Shown: piece after piece, positions 19,563-27,365 of the stretch
Position numbering within the stretch: position 1 is the first letter of the stretch
Layout of the letters: the number at the start of each line of letters is the position of its first letter
Virus record (IMG/VR): IMGVR_UViG_3300038315_000197
Span: 1 to 27,366 of that record
DNA from: a virus
Lineage: Duplodnaviria; Caudoviricetes
DNA: 27,366 bases
Direction: 5' to 3' (one strand)
Translations under genes and position numbers: made by a program
Notes under the pieces: model-generated
The model's input: the letters and a program-made list of their open reading frames with translations, nothing else
Databases searched by the model: none
What the model was told of the DNA's origin: nothing

Positions 19563-21500
19563 CTATCTCCTGACGCCTCTAGGCGTAAAATCAACGATAG
19601 CACCTTGCAACGTAATCGGCTTATCGTAAATAGAACTGTTCGCTATAATTAATCCCATGTTCGTTCCTATCCCATTTATCTTTACCCGCTCCGAGGCGAG
19701 TACCGTAACCCCTGTATTGCTATTACTTATATCATCCTCATTCCATTGGTCTGCCGCCACAGTCACAGAGTAAGAACTGGAGACAGGGGAGGTCTTTGGT
19801 GTATAGGTTCCACCGAAATCATAAGTAGGTGTAACCGTCAAAGTAGTAGATGTATCAGCGTTGATTTCTAGACCAAGTTCTCTGAACCTCTTCCTTGATC
19901 CGGGTGAATCGTAATGGTAGTACGCAGTTCTAACAAAAGAACTTACTGTAGCCCCATCAAAACTTGTTCCTGAATCAAGTCTCCTGACGTAGCCATCATC
20001 AAAACCTCCATATAAAACCTCAAACCCATTAGAGTCTTCAGCAGAAGCTGTACATTTAATCTGGTTGGTAAGAGTGAATGGCATTAAACCTTGATTCTTT
20101 TTATTAATAAACGTCATCTCGACGCCAGTTTTGTCATCAAAATATAATCGATATTGATTCTTTCCTCTTACCCTCAAAGAAGCAATAGCGTTATCTTTCT
20201 TGGACTGAATATATGGATCTATCTTATCGGAGGCTACAGCAGACTGGAAGTCACCAAAGTATTGGACTGTGAAGATAGAACTTATACCTCGGTCATCTAG
20301 GAAGAAAGTCTGATCCATTTTCTGCAGTGTATACGGTATAGCACCAGCACCCGCGTGAAACTTTCTAAGTTCCCAGTCAACAGCCGATGTCCCATACAAC
20401 ATAAAGGCATCATTCCTAGTGAAGACTGACATCACGTTGTTCACTTCTGTTGAGAATCCACTTACCGCGTCACCAATAGCAAGTTCTCCAGATCCAGTTA
20501 TCACATTCCATTGGTTGGGAGCGGTAATACTGGAGTGCTGAATAGATCCATTCGTAAACGAATAGAATAGATGGTTCTGATGTGCAGCAATATGCTCTGG
20601 TGTGTCTGTATCCATCCCAGTTGTATTTTTTATAAACGTGGTTCCATCATACGAGAAACCATTATCAACAGTATTGACTCCAAACATGGAAAAACCACTA
20701 GTATCTCCACGGAAGTTATAATTCGCAAACTCATACAAACCACCGGGTTCAATAGTCTGGGCATACTGAGTCCCATCAGCTTTGGCAACCGTTACATTAG
20801 ATGGTTGAGAAGCTGCTGCAATTTCAGCATACTTTATACCATTAATTTGAATATCTTCACCATCTGTCCAAGTGCCGCTGTTATTCTTTACAGAAAAATA
20901 TCCCACTGCACTTCCATCCCACGCACCACTGGACAATCTTACGCTGGTTAAAGTTGCTGTTACACCAGAAGTGGCTCCAGTAATGGTGTCACCTGCCGTA
21001 GGTTCTGTGTCTCCATTATCAAATGACACTAGGGGCATGTTCAATGCTTCATCATCAACGAAGGTACCCGTGATGTTTATAAGAACCATCGTTCCCTTGG
21101 CACCAGTAGTCCACTCTCCATTATAGGTAATGCCCATCAAATCCCCTTGAGCACCTCCAGCGCCAACTATAGTAGTTGGGGTTCCTGTGTTTCCGGGGAT
21201 AGGTTCACCATCTGCAGTGGTACCATCAAAATTTAGAGCAGTTCCTAGATCAACTTCCTCCCAGCCAGTAGATGTACTCTTATGCATAGCAGCGGTTGCT
21301 CCACCACTTGCATTCCTAAAAGCATACACATCACCATTAAACACCCATACACCGAGAACTGCCCCCTCACCGGGAACAATATTAATGATACTTCTCTGAT
21401 CCTCAATAGCAGATTGAAGTTCAGAAACAAGTGAAGCATCTACAGCGGCATCCCTTAATACTGGTGGACCGTATGCAAGGCTAGTGGCAACAATACCCAT
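19563..21500 (-). CDS. Tail nozzle/hub (tail tubular protein B, P22 gp10-like), C-terminal fragment, 645 aa
   Basis: Beta-propeller-like sequence: VPGEGAVLGVWVFNGDVYAFRN, HIAAHQNHLFYSF, FLDDRGI, QYRLYF, GFDDGYVRRLDSGTSFDG, RKRFREL. It lies downstream of the adaptor gene. Confidence 0.75.
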   Translation of the reverse strand: MGIVATSLAYGPPVLRDAAVDASLVSELQSAIEDQRSIINIVPGEGAVLGVWVFNGDVYAFRNASGGATAAMHKSTSTGWEEVDLGTALNFDGTTADGEPIPGNTGTPTTIVGAGGAQGDLMGITYNGEWTTGAKGTMVLINITGTFVDDEALNMPLVSFDNGDTEPTAGDTITGATSGVTATLTSVRLSSGAWDGSAVGYFSVKNNSGTWTDGEDIQINGIKYAEIAAASQPSNVTVAKADGTQYAQTIEPGGLYEFANYNFRGDTSGFSMFGVNTVDNGFSYDGTTFIKNTTGMDTDTPEHIAAHQNHLFYSFTNGSIQHSSITAPNQWNVITGSGELAIGDAVSGFSTEVNNVMSVFTRNDAFMLYGTSAVDWELRKFHAGAGAIPYTLQKMDQTFFLDDRGISSIFTVQYFGDFQSAVASDKIDPYIQSKKDNAIASLRVRGKNQYRLYFDDKTGVEMTFINKKNQGLMPFTLTNQIKCTASAEDSNGFEVLYGGFDDGYVRRLDSGTSFDGATVSSFVRTAYYHYDSPGSRKRFRELGLEINADTSTTLTVTPTYDFGGTYTPKTSPVSSSYSVTVAADQWNEDDISNSNTGVTVLASERVKINGIGTNMGLIIANSSIYDKPITLQGAIVDFTPRGVRR

Positions 21501-22120
21501 TATCCAACTCTAAAAACCGACATTTGGCCGTAATGCATTTGAAAATTCTCAGAATTACTTGCATGACCATTCTTAACCTGAGCAAGAACGTCTGTATAAG
21601 TAGTGTGACCAGTGGTATCAATTATTCCAGAAGCAGATACCATATTCTCTAAGGTAATAACCACTCTTTGAACAGCAGCATCATAACCGGGGTAGACAAC
21701 GGAACCACCAGTATCCTGAGTTGCGATTCTGAATGTCCATATCACGGTATCGGTGCTGGTTTGTGCAAAACTTATACCAAGATTAACCATAAAGAATCCT
21801 TTATCATATATCCTGATATAGTCGTTCGCAAAAGAGGCGTCTGTTCCTACGGTTGTTGCAGACACAGTTCCTGTATCATCTTGTGCGTCAGCCCCAGCAG
21901 TATTTTTGTTCCAATCTATTGTCGCGGTTGCTAACGATGCAACTGCCTGACTAGCTGGTGTACCTGATTTAGCACATATAGTTGCATATCCACCCATCCC
22001 AGATTCAGTAAATTGTCTAACCATCTGCGCGGTAATAGCGCCTGTCGTATTATCAGCAAAGCTAGTCCCAGTTAGAACTGATCTTTCCTTCCTTAGTGCT
22101 GTTGGTGTTCCCATTATCCA
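21496..22120. repeat. 11-bp direct repeat CCCATTATCCA at 21496-21506 and 22110-22120, flanking the 204-aa gene
   Basis: Both junctions read TGGATAATGGG on the coding strand. Confidence 0.85.
21500..22114 (-). CDS. Putative short fibre/receptor-binding protein with a C1q/TNF-like beta-sandwich, 204 aa
   Basis: N-terminal FADNTTGAITAQMVR; strands IRIYDKGFFMVNLGISF and VSASGII; terminal MSVFRVG. TAATG-coupled on both sides. Confidence 0.55.
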   Translation of the reverse strand: MGTPTALRKERSVLTGTSFADNTTGAITAQMVRQFTESGMGGYATICAKSGTPASQAVASLATATIDWNKNTAGADAQDDTGTVSATTVGTDASFANDYIRIYDKGFFMVNLGISFAQTSTDTVIWTFRIATQDTGGSVVYPGYDAAVQRVVITLENMVSASGIIDTTGHTTYTDVLAQVKNGHASNSENFQMHYGQMSVFRVG

Positions 22121-22647
22121 TACTCCACATTAAATGCGCTTCCAAACGCGCTATCTTTATTTAGAAAAAACATAGTTTCTCCATCCTCCAGTGTTCCTGT
22201 TACTACAGTAAAATAGACGTACCCTTCCGCGTCTGAGGTAGAAAAAGTACCAGCCTCATCATCTCCAGTTATATCTTCAACGCTAACTTGTAATATTGAA
22301 CCTACAGCCCCGCTCGTCTCACCTTTTACCAAATCTCCTTTAGAAGGGATCTGCATATCAAATGCACTACTGAAGGCGCTGTCAAATACAGAATCCCTAG
22401 AAGTTCCAACAGTAAATGGAATCCTATAATAGGTAATCTCAGAAGGAAGAGTCTGACCGTCAAATCTTTCATAACCGTCTATCCTTCTATAGCGTCCACG
22501 AATATCAATCTCAAAATTATCTGCAGCTACCAACTCTCCCGGCTCCAGCGCCAAAGAAGGATCCACCATATTTACTCCACCTTCAAACGGAAAATATGTA
22601 GATTGCAACCTACTCGGCTGAATATCTCGTTTTCTTAACTTGCTCAT
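22114..22647 (-). CDS. Tail nozzle/hub protein, N-terminal fragment, 177 aa
   Basis: FPFEGGVNMVDPSLALEPGELVAADNFEIDIRGRYRRIDGYERFDG is the typical start of nozzle/gp10-like proteins. ATGA-coupled to the adaptor. Confidence 0.75.
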   Translation of the reverse strand: MSKLRKRDIQPSRLQSTYFPFEGGVNMVDPSLALEPGELVAADNFEIDIRGRYRRIDGYERFDGQTLPSEITYYRIPFTVGTSRDSVFDSAFSSAFDMQIPSKGDLVKGETSGAVGSILQVSVEDITGDDEAGTFSTSDAEGYVYFTVVTGTLEDGETMFFLNKDSAFGSAFNVEYG

Positions 22648-23354
22648 TCTGGTCTTACCACAAAATTAAATAAGTCTTGAGCGGTAGCCATTCTTCTATT
22701 TTTCTGAGTTGGAAGTTGATCGGCTTCTAACTTATCAAGCAAGTCCTCGAACTGAGCAAGAGCACCAGCCATGATTTCTGGAGCATCTTCATTCTCTGCA
22801 TAATACATCTTTGCTCTTGCTATAATAATCTGCTGGAACCTAGGGGGTATAGCAGATACATCTGCATCTGCGGTCATTACGGTAGGGGTCGCCCAGTATT
22901 CTGTAGAAACAACTGTAGCTGAATTTGGAGTTGGATATAAATCAAGAGTATTATCCGGTTTCACACTAAACACTTCCGGAACATCAGAATCAACTGTTCC
23001 ATACTTATATGTATCCCTATATTCATTCCAAGGAAGAAATTCTAATACTTGATAGGTAGTAGCAGATTTATCCCACACTATAGAATCTAATTTCCAATTT
23101 CCTAATGTACTAGGATAACCAGTATTACCGGATGTGAGCGTAGACGTTCCACTTATCGCTGTTACACTAGCCTCACTCCAAAGAAAATCCCAATCAAACC
23201 ACCTACTTTGAATATCTTGATCTGCATTCGCAATATAGCGAACAACTGCATTCTCTTCTTCAGAGAGGCTTGATGAATCTACAGCAGAAGGGCCGCTCCC
23301 GGGGATGCCCACATCTCTAGCCATATCTTGACATAAAACTAAGTATGTACTCAT
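22644..23354 (-). CDS. Head-tail adaptor (tail tubular protein A-like), 236 aa
   Basis: MSTYLVLC, YIANADQDIQ..WFDWDFL, LDLYPTP, IPPRFQQIIIARA; lies just before the nozzle. Confidence 0.75.
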   Translation of the reverse strand: MSTYLVLCQDMARDVGIPGSGPSAVDSSSLSEEENAVVRYIANADQDIQSRWFDWDFLWSEASVTAISGTSTLTSGNTGYPSTLGNWKLDSIVWDKSATTYQVLEFLPWNEYRDTYKYGTVDSDVPEVFSVKPDNTLDLYPTPNSATVVSTEYWATPTVMTADADVSAIPPRFQQIIIARAKMYYAENEDAPEIMAGALAQFEDLLDKLEADQLPTQKNRRMATAQDLFNFVVRPE

Positions 23355-24433
23355 TAAAGGTATCTCAATATATCCGTTACTACAGCATTTGGTTTAATGT
23401 TAGCGGCGCATATAGCGCCGCCCGTTTCTTTATCTCTTTTGCATGTGCTAAACCCATAGTGCATCTTGTGGCATGGAAAACAAAAATCTTCGTAATAATC
23501 TGGTTCTAAAGCAGTAGTATTTTTCCAATGCTTAGACAAGTTCTCATGAGAAGAGTGGGAAAGCATTACAGTCTTATGACATTTTAATGTGGAAGCAGCA
23601 TTTAATACTCCAGTTTCAGGGCCAATTACAATAGCGCAGTGATCTAAAAATGCTAACGTATTACGAATAGACCACTTTGCTGATTTTGTAATAACCCTCT
23701 TTTCTTTTTCCCATCCAACCTCTAAGATTTCACACAACGCATCCCCAACAGTGATAAAAGATACATCAGATCTATTTAACAAAATCCTAGATATTACAGC
23801 GTCAGTCCAAGGATATACCTTATGAACAGACGATCCAGATAAGACCCACATAATAACGTGTTTGGATTTAATTCTTTTGCGTCTCGATCTAGCCCATTTC
23901 TTTTCTTCAAGAGTTGGATAAAATCTAGGATAAAATTTATATTCCAACCCCGCAAGATCATGGGTGCGTTCCATGTAATTTACATTACACTTAGCATGTA
24001 TTTCTTCTTTTGGAAGATTATAATCCGGCGAACCTTCTACAAGAGTCTTATGCCCTCTAAGCATTTCAACTCTTTCCGCAGACAATAACAGAGACTTTTC
24101 AATAGATTCAGAAAGCTGAATAAACTTATCGAAACATGGTTTCAGTAGTTCCCAATACTCTGTTAAACAATCATTTGGAACCTGATCTGTTTTCTGAACA
24201 ATAAGCTCATCAACATTAGGATCGCTTTCTAAAATTTCCTTTCCGCGCTCACTAACATTTACACAAACACGGTATCCCTGTTTTTTAAATAACGGGAACA
24301 ACGAGGCAACTTGAATCATGTCTCCCATTCCCCCGTACCTTACAACACAGACAGTCTTTTCTGTCCTTTTGCCTCCAAAGTCTTCGAGACTTAAATCGTC
24401 CCATTCCTTGGACGGCAGTTCAATTATTTTCAA
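23354..24433 (-). CDS. Glycosyltransferase family 9 (heptosyltransferase-like, GT-B fold)
   Basis: VVRYGGMGDMI, ILESDPNVDELI, HKVYP, VIGPETGVLNAA and a C-terminal CFPC...C...C. The TTG start directly follows the upstream stop. Confidence 0.85.
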   Translation of the reverse strand: MKIIELPSKEWDDLSLEDFGGKRTEKTVCVVRYGGMGDMIQVASLFPLFKKQGYRVCVNVSERGKEILESDPNVDELIVQKTDQVPNDCLTEYWELLKPCFDKFIQLSESIEKSLLLSAERVEMLRGHKTLVEGSPDYNLPKEEIHAKCNVNYMERTHDLAGLEYKFYPRFYPTLEEKKWARSRRKRIKSKHVIMWVLSGSSVHKVYPWTDAVISRILLNRSDVSFITVGDALCEILEVGWEKEKRVITKSAKWSIRNTLAFLDHCAIVIGPETGVLNAASTLKCHKTVMLSHSSHENLSKHWKNTTALEPDYYEDFCFPCHKMHYGFSTCKRDKETGGAICAANIKPNAVVTDILRYL

Positions 24434-24655
24434 TTAAAAGTCAAGATTCCAAGAGCCAACCATCTCTCCTTCAACATTAGCCATGTTATTGGATTGCTTC
24501 TGTGCTCTCATAAAATCCTCAGTCCTCTCATCTGACATTTCTGCTGTGGTATAGTAGCCTCGACCGGCAGCGGTAGTGTGTCCATACGACTCTTTAGGAG
24601 ACGTTGGCTGTACCCTACCAAATACATAAGCAGAAACTTCGTTAATTTTTCCCAT
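24434..24655 (-). CDS. Hypothetical protein, 73 aa
   Basis: GGAGGAG upstream of the ATG; fills the operon gap. Confidence 0.7.
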   Translation of the reverse strand: MGKINEVSAYVFGRVQPTSPKESYGHTTAAGRGYYTTAEMSDERTEDFMRAQKQSNNMANVEGEMVGSWNLDF

Positions 24656-24669
24656 AGCTCCTCCGAAGG

Positions 24670-24700
24670 ATTAGGGGGGGCGAACCCCCCCTTTCCTAAT
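24670..24700 (-). terminator. Intergenic G7-UUCG-C7 hairpin (attenuator/stability element)
   Basis: Core is at 24674-24691. An alternative extended pairing ATTAGG/CCTAAT is possible. There is no U tract in the sense direction. Confidence 0.55.
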
Positions 24701-24703
24701 TTA

Positions 24704-24883
24704 TTAGTCAAAAGTAAATTTACCACGATCCGTGGAAATAGACTTGTGAACTACACCCATAGGCATCTGATTTGGTCCATGAGAGGCCAAAGCAAGAGAC
24801 GCTAAAGTCTCTTTACTTACGTCCTCTAACGAAGACAAACCATTCGCAGGGATTTTACCGCTTGCGGTATGTTTTGCTGTCAT
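24704..24883 (-). CDS. 59-aa hypothetical head-module protein (not in the ORF track)
   Basis: Hand translation: MTAKHTASGKIPANGLSSLEDVSKETLASLALASHGPNQMPMGVVHKSISTDRGKFTFD. AGGAGGT SD; ends TAA TAA. Confidence 0.8.
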   Translation of the reverse strand: MTAKHTASGKIPANGLSSLEDVSKETLASLALASHGPNQMPMGVVHKSISTDRGKFTFD

Positions 24884-24892
24884 AATGACCTC

Positions 24893-25291
24893 CTAATACC
24901 ATTCTACAACGACATACGGATATCCCTTACCGGCAGGTGTTCCGCTGTCAGCAGCCGCTATCTGAGTACACTCAATTTGCGTATCTGCCGGAAGCGCCTG
25001 AGCAATAATAGCGTCCGTGTCGTCTTGAATATTAAAAGTATCGGTAAGCGCGGTTGCATCGGCAACCTCCAGAAGAGCGTAAGCATCTGCATCTCCTGTA
25101 GTACCAATTGCCACCCCAGCTGTGGGAGCCGTATCATCTTCGAAGGTCTCAGTTACAAAAACACCTACGTCAATCAACATTCCCTTCTTCCCAGTTGGGC
25201 CTTTGAAACTCCAAGCAGTACCAGTACCAGCACCAAAATCCTGCTCAACAGGATTTATAATTGTAGTAGTAATTGGATTACTATAACTCAT
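24893..25291 (-). CDS. Probable capsid decoration/cement protein, 132 aa
   Basis: Directly follows the capsid gene with a strong TAAGGAGG SD. Beta-rich sequence VTETF...VAIGTTGDADAY...VVVEWY. Confidence 0.7.
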   Translation of the reverse strand: MSYSNPITTTIINPVEQDFGAGTGTAWSFKGPTGKKGMLIDVGVFVTETFEDDTAPTAGVAIGTTGDADAYALLEVADATALTDTFNIQDDTDAIIAQALPADTQIECTQIAAADSGTPAGKGYPYVVVEWY

Positions 25292-25304
25292 AATAATATC
25301 CTCC

Positions 25305-26270
25305 TTATGCGGCGCTATCCCAAATCACAATACGTGACTGGGCTGCTTGTGTATGTACGATACCGAATCCGCCTAGATAGTACCAAGCGATTCCACGATC
25401 ACGACCATAGTCACCCGGAATTTTACCCCGAATTTCTTCTGGTACAGCGACCGCTTCTGCAACAGTATCCTCCCCGAAGAAGACCACCCAGTCAGACAAG
25501 CCCTTAGTCCAAGCAGTACCAGCAGTACCGATACTTCCCTTAGCTTTAAAGGTTTGTTCAACAAAACGGACTCCATCGTACCGACCAATTTCCCCATTCA
25601 TGATCATACGGAACCCTTGATCAACATACTGCTTGATCGATTCAATATCATCTACGAATGCACGGAAAGTTGTAGGCCATGCGATGCAATAATAGTCATC
25701 ACCCGTATAAGCCGGGATATTACGTTCTTTCATCACATCGACAATTGACTTCACATGCTCCTTACCCATTGCAAGCGTGTTAGTAATAGTGCAGGTTCCG
25801 TCAGTGGTCAAAGTGACCGCAGACGTATCCGTACCACTAGTAGGTGCCACGCGCAACACCGCAGCATTAAACTGCGCAGAAGCGAGATTATCAAAAGCCT
25901 TTTTAGCGTCGGTTTTCAACACCTTCCTGATAACTTCGGCCACGGGTTGCTCGGAAAGGTCATCCAATTTACCAGTCCACGGAACAGAGTTACCTGCTTC
26001 CGTAATGGTCATTGTACCTTGAGCAATCGTGAAGGAAGTTTCCGGAATAGTATTAGTTTCAACGAGCGTAGAACCTTGGGTTCCAACATCGCTGAACACG
26101 TTCCAGTGAAATGTATCACCTCGATGTAACCCTTGATGGGCTGCATCTTTGACATCACAGAACTGTCTAAACTTGACAATAGGCTATACTGCCATCCTCA
26201 GTTGACGACTGAGGTTTAAGGCATACATATAACCACCGGAGGTGTTAACTGACCATACTTGTCCAGCCAT
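25305..26270 (-). CDS. Major capsid protein (N4-gp56-like HK97 fold), 321 codons, with an in-frame TAG at codon 29
   Basis: AGGAGGT-7 nt-ATG at 26270. Reads MAGQVWSVNTSGGYMYALNLSRQLRMAV*PIVKFRQF...GDTFHWNVFSD and continues into the track ORF (EAGNSV, GEIGRYDGVRFVE, DYGRDRGIAWYYLGGFG). Confidence 0.9.
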
Positions 26271-26289
26271 TTTTACTACCTCCTAATTG

Positions 26290-27324
26290 TTATAAAATTT
26301 GGCCTCGCGCCTCCTTCATTTCGTGGATAATATCAGCAGCAGTTTGAGGTGCTGCCTCATCTTCTCCAATCTTTGAAGAACGGCTGGCCGCCTTTGGGTG
26401 TTGCACAATTCTTTTCTTGCGGCTCACCCTTTCATTTTTATCGGGAGAAAGATTATCTTTCGCCCACTGTCGAGTTGATTTTGCAGCCTCTTCCATAATC
26501 TGTTTAGGATTCCAATCAGGATTGTCCCGGGTAAGGAATATAGTTCGATTATCCGCGATTGAGCGTAACTCTGCCGAGTTAGCAACGTCAGGGTACTCAG
26601 AATCAAACCACTTTACTGCATCTTCAAGTGATTTCTGGTAAGCGTATTGTTGCTCTCTCTGCGACTGCGCTCTTTGCTGCGCCATTGTTCTACTTAGAAC
26701 TTTTTCGACTACCTCTTCAACATTTTGGGTAGCAGGTTGACCGCGCCCTCTTGTCAGAGAATTAAACAATTCTGCGGCTTTATCCGCATCATCTTCATAC
26801 AGAGCCTCATGATACTTCTTAATTAAATCAGAAGAATCTTTTGATTGCCCTTCTTCAGGTGCCGCGTCTTTCGATGGCGACGGTTGAGTTTCCATTTGCT
26901 GAATATAGGCATTTAGTTGTGCCTCACGGGCAGACAACCTTTTTCCATATTCAGCGGCTTCTTCAAAACGCTTTTGTGACGCTTTGTCTTTTTGGTGAGA
27001 AGATTTAAGATCCTCAAAAGGTACTTCAACATCCTCACCATCTATTTTAATAGTAGTGAACCAAGAATTTCCATCTTTCCAAACTGGACCAGCCTCGATT
27101 TCTACTTCCTCTGGAACATCTTCAGAAGGAAGAGACTCATTGATTTCTTCCTCAAACTCCTCATTGCGTTTCACCTCAATGTCCCGCATTGTTTGTTCAC
27201 GCAGGGATATAAATTCTTCTTCTTTAGATTCCTCTTCAGATTCTTCTTGAGGTTCCTCTTTATATCCTTCTCTCATTTCTTGTTCAGTTGCATCCTGTTC
27301 TTGGGTAGCATCTTTATCAGCCAT
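26290..27324 (-). CDS. Capsid scaffolding protein, 344 aa
   Basis: Acidic N-terminus, IKIDGEDVEVPFEDL...QKDKASQKRFEEA, coiled coil and a basic C-terminus. Directly upstream of the capsid gene. Confidence 0.85.
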   Translation of the reverse strand: MADKDATQEQDATEQEMREGYKEEPQEESEEESKEEEFISLREQTMRDIEVKRNEEFEEEINESLPSEDVPEEVEIEAGPVWKDGNSWFTTIKIDGEDVEVPFEDLKSSHQKDKASQKRFEEAAEYGKRLSAREAQLNAYIQQMETQPSPSKDAAPEEGQSKDSSDLIKKYHEALYEDDADKAAELFNSLTRGRGQPATQNVEEVVEKVLSRTMAQQRAQSQREQQYAYQKSLEDAVKWFDSEYPDVANSAELRSIADNRTIFLTRDNPDWNPKQIMEEAAKSTRQWAKDNLSPDKNERVSRKKRIVQHPKAASRSSKIGEDEAAPQTAADIIHEMKEARGQIL

Positions 27325-27338
27325 GTTTTAATTTTCCT

Positions 27339-27365
27339 TCATATATCACCCGCGTCTCTATACTT
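27339..27365 (-). CDS. Possible 3' end of an upstream gene (...KYRDAGDI*)
   Basis: Frame is open from the window edge to a TGA just ahead of the scaffold SD (AAGGA). Too short to verify. Confidence 0.3.
   Translation of the reverse strand, partial: KYRDAGDI

Noticed and set aside
21496-22120. Insert as an intron or IS whose removal restores a single nozzle ORF
   Set aside because: Excision between the repeats leaves the TAA in place. There is no transposase, homing endonuclease or intron-like non-coding sequence.
24869-25507. 212-aa + strand ORF opposite the decoration and capsid genes
   Set aside because: Antisense to well-supported genes, with no recognisable protein features.
25305-26099. 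Track start of the capsid at GTG 26099
   Set aside because: It lacks a convincing SD and would drop the capsid-like N-terminus. The strong SD and ATG are at 26270.
4592-27324. Genome-wide TAG-to-Gln reassignment (genetic code 15)
   Set aside because: Only one internal TAG across the whole late arm, and genes after TAG stops have their own ATG, mostly with a recognisable SD. Recoded phages show many internal TAGs.
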